Shown here: piece by piece, positions 20,601-31,835 of the stretch
Numbering within the stretch: position 1 is the first letter of the stretch
How the letters are laid out: each line of letters begins with the position of its first letter
NCBI GenBank assembly: GCA_963789075.1
Contig: CAWBJQ010000003.1
Location: forward strand, 102,004 to 166,003
Direction: 5' to 3'
DNA: 64,000 bases
Origin: an uncultured Acidobacteriota bacterium
Lineage (GTDB): Bacteria > Acidobacteriota > Vicinamibacteria > Vicinamibacterales > CAVVIG01
Position numbers and translations under genes: made by a program
Notes under the pieces: generated by a model
What the model saw: the letters and a program-made list of their open reading frames with translations, nothing else
Told to the model about the DNA's origin: nothing
Databases searched by the model: none

Positions 20601-22256
20601 ATGATCGCTTCTGAACCACTGCCACATTTCATCGACGACCTTCTCGGGTATCTCCACGAGACGCACCCGACACACGCCACCCTCGACGGTGTGCACACGC
20701 ACGACGACCTGCTCGAAGATCTCAGTCGGCAGGGGATGGAGGCTGAAGCGCGCGCGCTGGCCGGCTATCTGCGCCGGCTGGACGAGATCAACGGCGACGG
20801 CCTCACCAGCATTGAGCGTCTCGAGCACCGCATGATCACGTCGCACGTGAAGGCGCGGATGTTTGAGATCGAGGAGGTCCGTACGTGGGAGAAGAACCCG
20901 CAGTACTACTCGGACATCCTCGCGTCGAGCCTCGCTGGTCAGGCGCTCTTTTCGCACGCGCCTGCGTCCGAGCGCGCCCGCCGCGTTCTGTCGAAGCTGC
21001 GCCAGACGCCCCGCCTGATTCAAGCCGCGCGCGACAACATCAAGGAGCCGCCCGGCATCTTCGTCAAGGTCGGCATCGAGACGATGAGGGGTGCGCTGAA
21101 GTTCATCGATGACGATCTGCCGCGCGCATTTTCGAGCGTGGACGATCTCCATCTGCTCGGCGATCTGGCGGACGCGCAGACCGAAGCGTCGCAGGCGGTG
21201 CGCTCGTACGTCGAGTATCTCGAGACCGACCTCGCGCCGCGCGCGCGTGGATCCTTCCGGCTCGGCCGCGAGAGCTTCGAGAAGAAGCTGAAGCTCGACG
21301 AAGGGATCGCGGTCCCGGTGGACCGTCTGCTCGGCATCGCCCTGCGCGAGCTGAAATCGACGCAGGAGGCGTTCCGGGCGCTGGCGGGCAAGATGAACGG
21401 CGGCGATCCGCAGGCGGCGTGGGCGCATCAGAAGGCCCAACACCCGGCACCGGGTGAGCTCGTCGGGATCGGCCGTCAGCAGCTCGAAGAGCTGGCGACG
21501 TTTCTCGAGCGGCAGGCGATCATCTCGCTGCCGGCCGGCGAGCCCGTGACGGTGGCGCAGACGCCGGACTTCTATCGGTGGTCGTTTGCGAGCATGTGGA
21601 CACCGGGTCCATTCGAGACCAAGCCGACACGCGCGTACTACTACCTCACCGACGCGGATCCATCATGGCCGGCCGATCGTCAGAATGAGTATCTGCGCGA
21701 CTACAATTTTCCGACGCTGTGGTCGATCTCGATTCACGAGGTATACCCCGGCCACTTCCTGCACTATCAGCATCTGCGGCGCGTCGAGTCGAAGGCGCGC
21801 AAGTCGATCCTGTTCGCGCCCGCCTCGTTCGTCGAAGGGTGGGCGCACTACTGCGAAGAGATGATGCTTGAAGCCGGCTTCGGCCGGCAGGATTACGGCA
21901 TCAAGCTTGGCCAGCTCGCCGAGTCGCTCATCCGGCTCGCGCGGTTCATCGTCTGTATCAAGCTGCACACCGAGGACATGTCGGTCGAACAGGGAATGCG
22001 CTTCTTCCGCGAGGAAGCCTTCATGGAAGAGGCCAGCGCGCGGCGCGAGGCGGAGCGCGGCACGTTCGACCCCACATATCTCGTGTACAGCGTCGGCAAG
22101 CTGATGCTGCTCAAGCTGCGGCAGGATTACAAGGCGCAGCAGGGCAAATCTTTTTCGCTGAAGTCGTTCCACGATACGCTGCTCGGGCAGGGCACCGCGC
22201 CGTTCTGGCTGCATCGGCAGTTGATGCTTGGAGAAGAGGGCGATCTGCTCGAGTAG
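20601..22256 (+). CDS. DUF885 family protein (putative metallopeptidase, no signal peptide)
   Basis: HEVYPGHFLH and VEGWAHYCE motifs; YSVGKL..FHDTLL C-terminus. Confidence 0.85.
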   Translation: MIASEPLPHFIDDLLGYLHETHPTHATLDGVHTHDDLLEDLSRQGMEAEARALAGYLRRLDEINGDGLTSIERLEHRMITSHVKARMFEIEEVRTWEKNPQYYSDILASSLAGQALFSHAPASERARRVLSKLRQTPRLIQAARDNIKEPPGIFVKVGIETMRGALKFIDDDLPRAFSSVDDLHLLGDLADAQTEASQAVRSYVEYLETDLAPRARGSFRLGRESFEKKLKLDEGIAVPVDRLLGIALRELKSTQEAFRALAGKMNGGDPQAAWAHQKAQHPAPGELVGIGRQQLEELATFLERQAIISLPAGEPVTVAQTPDFYRWSFASMWTPGPFETKPTRAYYYLTDADPSWPADRQNEYLRDYNFPTLWSISIHEVYPGHFLHYQHLRRVESKARKSILFAPASFVEGWAHYCEEMMLEAGFGRQDYGIKLGQLAESLIRLARFIVCIKLHTEDMSVEQGMRFFREEAFMEEASARREAERGTFDPTYLVYSVGKLMLLKLRQDYKAQQGKSFSLKSFHDTLLGQGTAPFWLHRQLMLGEEGDLLE

Positions 22257-22290
22257 ATCAGGGATCAGGGATCGAGAAGCCGGGGATCAG
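22256..22290. repeat. Degenerate 7-bp tandem repeat (GATCAGG)
   Basis: GATCAGG GATCAGG GATCGAG ... GGATCAG. Confidence 0.7.
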
Positions 22291-22301
22291 AAGGACCAGG
22301 A

Positions 22302-22676
22302 ATGCCGCTGTACGAATATCAGTGCGATGCGTGTGGGCATCGCTTCGAGAAGATTCAGAAATATTCGGATCCGCTGGAGACGACGTGCCCGAAGTGCGGG
22401 GGCGTCGTGCGCAAGCTGGTGTCGTCGCCTGCCATTCAGTTCAAGGGCAGCGGCTTCTACATCACCGACTACGCCAAGAAGGATTACGTCAGCGCATCGA
22501 AAGCGGATCATGACGGCGGGAAGGGCGACGGCCATTCCGGCAAGGGCGAGCATACCGAAAGCACGGCGAAGAGCGACAAGAGCGAGAAGTCCGCTTCGTC
22601 TGGCGACGCGTCGTCGTCCAGCTCGCCCACGGTGACGCCCGCCGCGGCGCCAGCCAAATCCACGACGAGCGATTGA
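22302..22676 (+). CDS. FmdB-family zinc-ribbon protein
   Basis: MPLYEYQCDACGHRFE..CPKCGG..FKGSGFYITDY plus a Ser/Lys-rich tail. Confidence 0.92.
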   Translation: MPLYEYQCDACGHRFEKIQKYSDPLETTCPKCGGVVRKLVSSPAIQFKGSGFYITDYAKKDYVSASKADHDGGKGDGHSGKGEHTESTAKSDKSEKSASSGDASSSSSPTVTPAAAPAKSTTSD

Positions 22677-22731
22677 CGCTCGGCTGACCTATCCGCCGGA
22701 GCCTTGGCGGAGGTGGAAGCCTTCGCGCTAC
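22677..22731. repeat. REP-in-REP composite
   Basis: GCTCGGCT-[GACCTATCCGCCGGAGCCTTGGCGGAGGTGGA]-AGCCTTCGCGCTAC, compared with the uninterrupted GCTCGGCTAAAGCCTTCGCGCTAC at 33579-33602. Confidence 0.88.
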
Positions 22732-22822
22732 GAACAATCCTACGGCACCGGTGGGGCTGCCTGCCCCGCGTTCTTGGCGGGGTTCGCGGACAGGACCCGC
22801 CAGGCGAATTTTGCAGCGCGTT

Positions 22823-23722
22823 CTAAATCTTGCCGGCCGGCGTGCGAATGTCGAGCGAGCGCAGGTAGGCCGAGAACTTCTCGGCGAGATCCGGCCTCCG
22901 TAACGCAAAATAGACGACCGCTTTGAGGAACCCCAACTTGTTCCCCGTGTCGTGCCGGACGCCCTTCACCTCGCAGGCGTAGATCGGCCGCGACTTGAGC
23001 AGCTCGCGCAGCCCGTTGGTGAGCTGAATCTCGCCGGTGCGATCGCTTTTCGTTGCGGCGAGCGCGGGGAAGATGTCGGGCGTGAGGACGTAGCGCCCGA
23101 TGATCGCGAGATCCGACGGTGCTTCGTCGATCGGCGGCTTTTCGACCAGGTCGCGGACCTCGTGGATGCCGTCGCCCAGATCCGCGCCCGGCTTGACGTC
23201 GATGACGCCGTAGCTCGAGACCTCGTCGTGCGGGACGCGCTCGACGGCGAGGACCGGTCCGCCGACGCGCTCGTAGACGTCGATCAACTGCTTCATTGCC
23301 GGCGGGTCAGCGTCGATCACATCGTCGCCGAGGATCACAGCGAATGGCTCGTTGCCCACGAGCTCGCGTGCGACCAGCACGGCATGCCCGAGGCCGAGCG
23401 GCTCGCCCTGACGCACGTAGGCGAAGTTGATCAGGTTCGAGATCTTGCGCACTTCGGCGAGCTGAGCTCCCTTGCCGCGCGCTTCCAGGAACGATTCGAG
23501 CTCGACCGAGACGTCGAAGTGATCCTCGATCGCGTTTTTGCCGCGTCCAGTGACGAGGATGATGTTGGCGATGCCGGAGGCGACCGCTTCTTCGACGCCG
23601 TACTGAATGATCGGCTTGTCGACGAGCGGCAGCATTTCCTTCGGCTGCGCTTTGGTGGCGGGGAGGAACCGCGTGCCCAGACCGGCAGCGGGGAAAACGG
23701 CTTTGCGAACCGGCGATGGCAC
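22823..23722 (-). CDS. galU: UTP--glucose-1-phosphate uridylyltransferase
   Basis: KAVFPAAGLGTRFLPATKAQPKEMLP, QGEPLGLGHA, VEKP; start set at GTG 23722. Confidence 0.96.
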   Translation of the reverse strand: MPSPVRKAVFPAAGLGTRFLPATKAQPKEMLPLVDKPIIQYGVEEAVASGIANIILVTGRGKNAIEDHFDVSVELESFLEARGKGAQLAEVRKISNLINFAYVRQGEPLGLGHAVLVARELVGNEPFAVILGDDVIDADPPAMKQLIDVYERVGGPVLAVERVPHDEVSSYGVIDVKPGADLGDGIHEVRDLVEKPPIDEAPSDLAIIGRYVLTPDIFPALAATKSDRTGEIQLTNGLRELLKSRPIYACEVKGVRHDTGNKLGFLKAVVYFALRRPDLAEKFSAYLRSLDIRTPAGKI

Positions 23723-23783
23723 GTTCGAATCGTAACAGAGGACCTGATCCGCGCGCGAATATAGAATGGATGGCTGAGGTAGC

Positions 23784-25086
<1,303 letters not shown>

Positions 25087-25135
25087 TCCAATAGTCCGCG
25101 GCCAGGCAGACAATAGATTTAGCGACAACTAAGGA

Positions 25136-25164
25136 TTGACCGCGCCTTCGGGTACTTCTATGCT
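25136..25164 (+). promoter_or_regulatory. Putative sigma70 promoter of kinase operon
   Basis: TTGACC-N17-TATGCT ending 15 nt upstream of ATG 25180. Confidence 0.65.
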
Positions 25165-25179
25165 TCTTCTTCCCCTGTC

Positions 25180-27303
25180 ATGATCGGCCAAACGATCTCG
25201 CACTACGGTGTGCTCGAAGAGCTCGGCGCCGGCGGCATGGGCGTCGTCTACAAGGCCCAGGATCTGAAGCTCTCGCGATCGGTCGCGCTGAAATTCCTGC
25301 CAGCCGATCGGAACGACGATCGTCCTGCCGTCGAGCGATTCCTGCGCGAGGCGCGCACGGCGTCGGCGCTCAATCACCCGAACATCTGCACGATCTACGA
25401 AATCGACGAGCACGACGGCGCGCAGTTCATCGCGATGGAGCTGCTCGAGGGGCAGACGCTCGATCGCCTGATCGGCGGCCGGCCGCTGCCGATCGGCACG
25501 CTGCTCGATCTGGCGATTCAGATCGCCGACGGCTTGAGCGCCGCGCATGCGCAGGGGATTCTCCATCGCGACATCAAGCCGGCGAACATCTTCGTCACGA
25601 CGCGCGGCCAGGCCAAGATTCTCGACTTCGGCCTCGCGAAGACGGTCAGCCCCTCGCGACACGACAGCCTGATGACCGCGGCGGTCACCCGCTTCACCGA
25701 AGATCTGTTGACCACGAAGCATGGCGTCACGCTCGGCACCGTGGCGTACATGTCGCCAGAGCAGGCGCGCGGCGAAGAGCTGGACGTCCGAACGGATCTG
25801 TTCTCGTTCGGCGTCGTGCTCTACGAAATGGCCACGGGCGAGCGGACGTTCCAAGGCGCCACGACCGCGGTGATCTTCGACGCGATCCTGAACCGCGAAC
25901 CACCGCCTCCGCGAGAGCTGAACGCCAACGTCCCCGCCGAGCTCGACGAAATCGTCGGCCGGGCGCTCGAGAAGGATCGCACGCACCGCTATCAAACCGC
26001 GACGGATCTCCGCAACGATCTCGAGCAAATCAAACGTGAGCGCGACTTGAGCGCCAGCGGATCGCGCGCCGCGGCCACGAGCGGTTCTCGCAGGGTCTCG
26101 GCATCGGGCGCGGCGCGCACAGTCACCGCGACGCCGGCGCCCGCTCCCGCCGTCCCGCGACGCCTGCGCCGGCGAAGACGCGCCGAGCGCTTCTCGCGTC
26201 GGCGGCCGGCGTGGTCTGTTTGGGAGCGGCCGTCTTGTTCTTCGAAATGAAGCCGCGCCGAGCGGCGGAGATTCCGCCGGCGGCCCTGACGCTCGCGCCG
26301 GCCATTGCACCGGCCACCGTGCCGGCCACCGTGCCCGCACCCATCGCCGTCAGCGAACCACCGCCGCTGCCTGTCACACCGGCCGCGGTTTCGACGTCCC
26401 CCGCCGTCGTCCCAGCGGCGGCACCGGCAAGAGTCCCGGCGGCCTCGCCAGCCGCCACGGTTGTCGCCGCGTCGGCCGGACGTGCACCAGCGCCGCTCGT
26501 GCCGGCGGCCGAAGATGGCGTCTCAAAGCCGCCTCGCGCGGGGGCGGGCGCCAACGCCAACGCTGCGCGCACCGATGCGACAGCGGAAGCGATTCGGATC
26601 GCGACCGCGAAAATGGACGCCAAGCTGTACGACCAGGCGCTGGCGGACTTGAAATCGGCTCTGTCCAGCAATCCCTCCTCGGCGAGCGCACCCGAACGCG
26701 TACCTGCTGATTGGCAGCATCTACGAGCGTCAGCAGCGCGTCGAAGATGCGATGGCGAACTACGTCGAGCTGCGGAGCAAGTTCGGATCGACGCGGCAGA
26801 GTGCCGACGCCACGTTTCGGCTGGCCGAGCTCACGCTTCGCTCCAAGCGCGACGACCGCGAGCGCGCCGCGATCTCGCTCTTCGACGAGGTCGTGAAGCT
26901 TCAGCCTGCGAGCCCGCTGGCACCACGCGCGCTGGCGCGTAAGGCGGACCTCGAGGATCGGGCCAAGCTGCGAGTTCTCGACCCGCAACTCGCGACCTCT
27001 GTTCCAGCCTCGTTGATCTCCTACCGGATGGTCGTGGAGACTTATCCGGACTCCGAGGGCGCCGACGCTTCGTTCGCCAAGCTCGCGGACATGTACGAAG
27101 ACATGAAGCGCTACGAGCTCGCGGCGCAGACCCTCGTGCAGCTCGCCACCCGCTTCCCCAGCAACGGCCACGATGCCGCGTGGCGAGCCGGCGAGATCTA
27201 CGAGAAGCGGCTCAAGAACGCGGACCAGGCGCGCGCGGCATTCGCGCTCGTGCCGCAGCGGTCGGACCACTACAAGGACGCCCAGAAGAAATCCCAGCGC
27301 TGA
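25180..27303 (+). CDS. Hanks-type Ser/Thr protein kinase with TM, Pro/Ala linker and C-terminal TPR domain (frameshifts ~26150 and ~26690)
   Basis: [31 protein letters not shown]; downstream frames give a hydrophobic segment, a PA-rich linker and TPR-like helices. Confidence 0.88.
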
Positions 27304-27377
27304 CATATAATGCGGCACCTCGGCGTCTGCGTGTCTGACTCCGCGGCGTCCAACGCGCATCCTGCGGGAGAATTGGC

Positions 27378-27716
27378 ATGCAGATCACACAGCGAGCTGT
27401 CGGTGACGTCATGATTGTGACGGTCACTCACGACATCACCTTGAACGCCGGCGGCGATGTCATGCTCAAGGACAAGGTGCGCAGCCTGTTGGAACAAGGG
27501 CACAAGAAACTCGTGCTCGATCTCGGCGGCGTCTCGTACGTCGACAGCGCCGGGCTGGGCGAGCTCGTTCAGGCATATGCCACCACGAAGAACAAAGGCG
27601 GCTCGCTGAAGCTCCTCGGCGTGACCAAGCGCCTCAAAGATTTGCTCACCATCACCAAGCTCGTGACGGTCTTCGACACATACGACACCGAAGCCGCCGC
27701 GATCGCGAGCTTCTGA
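27378..27716 (+). CDS. STAS-domain anti-sigma factor antagonist (RsbV/SpoIIAA-like)
   Basis: LVLDLGGVSYVDSAGLGELV with the conserved phospho-acceptor Ser. Confidence 0.92.
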   Translation: MQITQRAVGDVMIVTVTHDITLNAGGDVMLKDKVRSLLEQGHKKLVLDLGGVSYVDSAGLGELVQAYATTKNKGGSLKLLGVTKRLKDLLTITKLVTVFDTYDTEAAAIASF

Positions 27717-27729
27717 TCGACAGGACGCG

Positions 27730-29362
27730 GTGACCGCCGACGCCTCGCCTCGGCTCCTCGTCACCGACGTGCTCGGTCGACGGCTCGTGCCCATCGACAA
27801 GCCGGTCGTAACCCTCGGCCGCCGGAGCGAAACCGACGTCCGCATCCCGGGCGCCGGCATCTCGCGAGTACACGCCGAGATCGTGTGCGACGAGGGTGTC
27901 TGCCGTCTGCGCGACCGCGCATCGACATACGGCACGTTCGTCAACGGCGAACGCGTGTCCGAGCGCGTCCTCGCGCACGGCGATCAAATTCGCCTGGGCC
28001 AGTCGGACGACACCAAAATCGTCTTCGTCGTCGGTGACGACGCGCCCGTCGGTCGAACGCAGCGCCGCCGCCGCCGCCAGCGAGCTCCGGCACATGGCGA
28101 GCCTCCTCGAAGGTTTGCGCGCGCTGGGGTCGGGACGGGTCCTCGAGGACGTGCTGGCGCTCGTGCTCGATTCCGCGATCGATGTGACCGGCGCCGAGCG
28201 CGGTTTCATCATGCTCGTCAACGATGCCGGAGAGCTCGAATTCAAGCTGGCGCGAGGGTACGGGCGTCTGACGCTGCCGGGCCGGACGTTCGCCACCAGC
28301 CGCAAGATTCCCGAGACCGTCTTCGCCACCGGTCGCGACGCCATCGTCGAGGATCTGCTCGACGAGGGGTTGGCCGCGCTGCACAGCGGCACCGTGGCCC
28401 TCGGCATCCGCTGCGTCCTCTGCACGCCGCTGCGCCTCGTGCGGTATGTGGAGCGCATCGACGAACCGATCGACGACAAGATCATCGGCGTGCTGTACCT
28501 CGATAGCCGCGAACGGGGCGCGCTCAGGTCGGAGTCGACCCGCGCTGCACTGGACACGCTCGGAACGGAAGCGGCAGTCGCCATCCAGAACGCGCATCTC
28601 TACCGCCAGGCGCTCGATCGGGCGAAGTACGAGCAGGAGCTGAAGGTGGCGGCGGGTATTCAACAGGCGCTGCTGCCGGCGTCGGGGCGCGCCGGCGCGT
28701 TCTTCACGACAGCGGGCGCCTCGGTGCCGTGCCGCGCCGTCGGCGGCGATTTTTTCGACTACGTGGATCTCGCCGGTGGGCAGTTCGGTTTCATTCTCGG
28801 GGACGTCGCTGGAAAAGGCTCGCCCGCGGCGCTTCTGGCGGCGGCGTTGCTCGGCATGTTCAGCGCCGAATCGGTCTATCACACGAGCGCGTCAGCGCTG
28901 ATTACGCGGCTCAACAGCGGCCTCGTGCGGCGCGCCATCGAAGCGCGTTTTCTCACCTCCTTCTATGGCCTGATCGGGCGCGACGGATCGCTGACCTACT
29001 CGAACGCGGGCCACAACCCGCCGATCCTCGTCACCGCCGACGGCGTGCGGCGGCTCGAGACCGGCGGCGTCGTGCTGGGCCTTTTCGACCACGCTACTTT
29101 CGACGAAGAGACGGTCGCGCTCCGCCCGGGCGATGCGATCGTCCTCTTCAGCGATGGCGTCACCGAAGCGTTCAACGCGGCGGGCGAAGACTTCGGCGAC
29201 GAGCGTCTGCTCGCCGGGATCGAAGCGCACCGCAGCAAATCGCCGCAGGCGCTCCTCGATGCGCTGCTCGGGGAAGTGAGGGCGTTTTGCGGCGACGCGC
29301 CGCAAAGCGACGACATCACGATGATAGTGGTCCGCTTCGACGGCGAACCCACCCCGTCCTGA
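27730..29362 (+). CDS. FHA-GAF-PP2C (SpoIIE/RsbU-like) phosphatase (frameshift ~28040)
   Basis: FHA (GR..ISR.HA..STYGTFVNG), GAF, then VGGDFFD, GDVAGKG, SNAGHNPP, FSDGVTEA, DDIT. Confidence 0.9.
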
Positions 29363-29364
29363 CA

Positions 29365-29500
29365 CGCCGAAGCGCATCGCGCGAAGGCGGCCGGCCTGAC
29401 GATGGCGGCTCGCGAAGCGAAATATCGTCTCGCCACATGGGCCAGTTGTGGCCGCGACCGTCACCCGGCGAAAGCCTGACTAAAGCCAGGCTTCAGCCGG
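29365..29500. repeat. Repeat cluster between convergent genes
   Basis: CGCCGAAGC..GCGAAGGCGG unit (29365-29390), ~49-nt segment shared with 41309-41358, TAAA-loop hairpin ~29472-29493. Confidence 0.7.
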
Positions 29501-29512
29501 ACCGTCCAGCGA

Positions 29513-29923
29513 TCAACGGCGGAAATCGAGCGTGACGATGTTCCGTCCGTCTTCACGGCGATATTCGAAGACGTCGGCAAACGCCCGCATCAGATGAATA
29601 CCCAACCCCCCGACAGGAACATCCTCAAGGGTGGTGGGAACGGCAGGCGCCGGCTGACGCAGCGGGTTGAACTCGCGGCCACCGTCTGTGACCACGGCGC
29701 GGATCCCGTCGTCCAGCCTCTCCAACGAGATCGTGATCGTGCCGCGCGATCCGTCTTCGTAACCGTATCGGATGATGTTGGAGACGGCCTCGTCCAGACA
29801 CAGATCGATGTGGTACGTGAACGCGTCGTCGACGCCCGCTTCGCTGCCATAGGCTCGGATCCACTCCGACAAACACCGCAGTTCGGAGAGGTCGTTCGAG
29901 AAGCGGCGCGTCTGCACCGGCAT
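29513..29923 (-). CDS. RsbW/SpoIIAB-like anti-sigma kinase (HATPase_c)
   Basis: LDEAVSNIIRYGY, DGGREFNP, GGLGIHLM. Confidence 0.9.
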   Translation of the reverse strand: MPVQTRRFSNDLSELRCLSEWIRAYGSEAGVDDAFTYHIDLCLDEAVSNIIRYGYEDGSRGTITISLERLDDGIRAVVTDGGREFNPLRQPAPAVPTTLEDVPVGGLGIHLMRAFADVFEYRREDGRNIVTLDFRR

Positions 29924-29925
29924 GC

Positions 29926-30285
29926 CTATCCGAAGGCCGCCGGCCGCGCTTTTGCCGCCACCCGCGCCTCGTCGAGATCCACGTAGGTCAGAATGATCTG
30001 ATCGATGCGTGTCGAGGCGAGTACCTGTCTCACAGAAGGTTGGGGGTTGAAGAGCACCATGTTGCCCTCGCGCCGATGGACCGCTTTCGCGTTGCGCACG
30101 AGCGTGGCCAGCCCGAGAGAGGCCATGAAGTCGACTGCCGTGAGATCGACGACGATGAACGCCTGACGAGTGGCCGTCAGCGCGGTGAACTGCAGGTCGA
30201 TAGACGCAGCGCCTTCAAGATCCATGCGACCGGTCAGTTTAATCATGCGGACGCCGTCCGGAAGGTCTGCGCAGGTCAATTCCAT
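29926..30285 (-). CDS. STAS-domain protein
   Basis: LTGRMD, VVDLTAVDFMASLGL. Confidence 0.88.
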   Translation of the reverse strand: MELTCADLPDGVRMIKLTGRMDLEGAASIDLQFTALTATRQAFIVVDLTAVDFMASLGLATLVRNAKAVHRREGNMVLFNPQPSVRQVLASTRIDQIILTYVDLDEARVAAKARPAAFG

Positions 30286-30449
30286 TGTCGCTCCTCAGCG
30301 TCCAAAACTGTAGCGCGGCTCCCGTGACGTCCGTGTAAACTCGGCACCGGCGGCTCCGAACTGGTCTCGGCTGGTTGCCGCATGGCCGAGTGCGCCTGCG
30401 CATTCTCCCATGACATCAGGCGCCCGGGTGCGGTAGGCTCCGCCACACC

Positions 30450-31835
30450 GTGACTGTGCTCGCCGAGTGCGACGTTCCCCTGATCCGCGGCATCGGCGTG
30501 CGGAGCGCGACGCTGATGGTCATCACCAGCGTGATCGGATCGGCGATCTTTCTGACGCCGGGGTCGATGGCGGCGACGCTGCCGTCCGAGTCGCTGTTGC
30601 TCCTTGCCTGGGGAGCGGGCGGCATCATCGCACTCTGCGGCGGGCTGACGTACGCCGAAATGGGCGCGATGTATCCACGATCGGGCGGCCTCTACGTGTT
30701 TCTCGAGGAAGCCTATGGCCCGCTTGTCGCGTTCCTGTTCGGATGGACGTGCATGCTCGTCATCCTCACCGGAGGCGTCGCGACCGTGGCGGTCGGCTTC
30801 GCGAAGTATTTCAGCTATTTCGTCCCAGCGCTTTCGACAACCAACGACATCGTCGTGCTGACGATGCCGTGGGGAAGGTGGTCGATCTCGGCCGGACAGA
30901 TTGTCGCGGCCGTGTCGATCCTGGCGCTCGGCGGTGTGAACTATTTCGGCGTCCGCAGCGGCAACCGTCTGCAGGTCGTGCTGACGGTGTTGAAGGTCGC
31001 GGCCCTCGCGGCGCTGCCGATCGTCGCGATTGCCCTGCATCCGGTGACGCCCTCCTTCACGCCGCTGGTGCCGCCTATCGCCAGGCCGGCAGCCGCCTTC
31101 GGCATCATCATGATCGCCGTGATGTGGGCGTACGAAGGGTGGTACTACCTGCCGTTTTGCGCCGGCGAAATCGCGGATGCACGGCGGGCCGTTCCGACGG
31201 CGCTCGTGCTCGGTATTCTGTCGCTGATCGCGATTTATGTCGCGGTCAACGTCGCCTACATGCTGGCGCTGCCGCTCTCTGAAATTCAGGGCGTCGAGCG
31301 CATCGCCGAGAAAGCCGTCACGGCGCTGCTGGGGCGAGGCGGCGGCGCTCTCGTGGCAGCGACCGTGGTCGTCTCGACCTTGGGATGCAATGCGGCGGCT
31401 GTCATCAGCATGTCGCGGGCGTGCTATGCCATGGCTTGCGATGGGTTGTTCTTCAAATCAGCAGCGTCGGTTCATCCCGAACATCACACCCCGCATGTGG
31501 CGATCGCGATGACGTGCGCATGGTCCGCGTTGTTGGCGCTCACCGGCACCTACGAGCAGCTGTTCACCCGGGTGACGTTCGCGTCTGTCGCCTTCGGCGT
31601 GCTCGGCGGCGTCGCGATTTTTCGTCTGCGCCGCATCGCGCCAGGCGTCGAACGTCCGTACCGCGCCTGGGGTTACCCGCTGGTGCCGGCGGTGTTCGTC
31701 CTCGGACTCGGCGCGCTCGTCGTCAACACGGCGATCGAGAAGCCGACTGAATCGCTGATCGGCACACTCATCGTCGCGCTTGGCGTGCCGGCGTTCTGGT
31801 ATTGGCGTTCGAACGAAGCGAAGGAGCGTTCGTGA
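30450..31835 (+). CDS. APC-family amino acid permease
   Basis: IGSAIF, YAEMGAMYPRSGG.YVF, WAYEGW, RPYRAWGYP; about 12 TM. Confidence 0.92.
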   Translation: MTVLAECDVPLIRGIGVRSATLMVITSVIGSAIFLTPGSMAATLPSESLLLLAWGAGGIIALCGGLTYAEMGAMYPRSGGLYVFLEEAYGPLVAFLFGWTCMLVILTGGVATVAVGFAKYFSYFVPALSTTNDIVVLTMPWGRWSISAGQIVAAVSILALGGVNYFGVRSGNRLQVVLTVLKVAALAALPIVAIALHPVTPSFTPLVPPIARPAAAFGIIMIAVMWAYEGWYYLPFCAGEIADARRAVPTALVLGILSLIAIYVAVNVAYMLALPLSEIQGVERIAEKAVTALLGRGGGALVAATVVVSTLGCNAAAVISMSRACYAMACDGLFFKSAASVHPEHHTPHVAIAMTCAWSALLALTGTYEQLFTRVTFASVAFGVLGGVAIFRLRRIAPGVERPYRAWGYPLVPAVFVLGLGALVVNTAIEKPTESLIGTLIVALGVPAFWYWRSNEAKERS

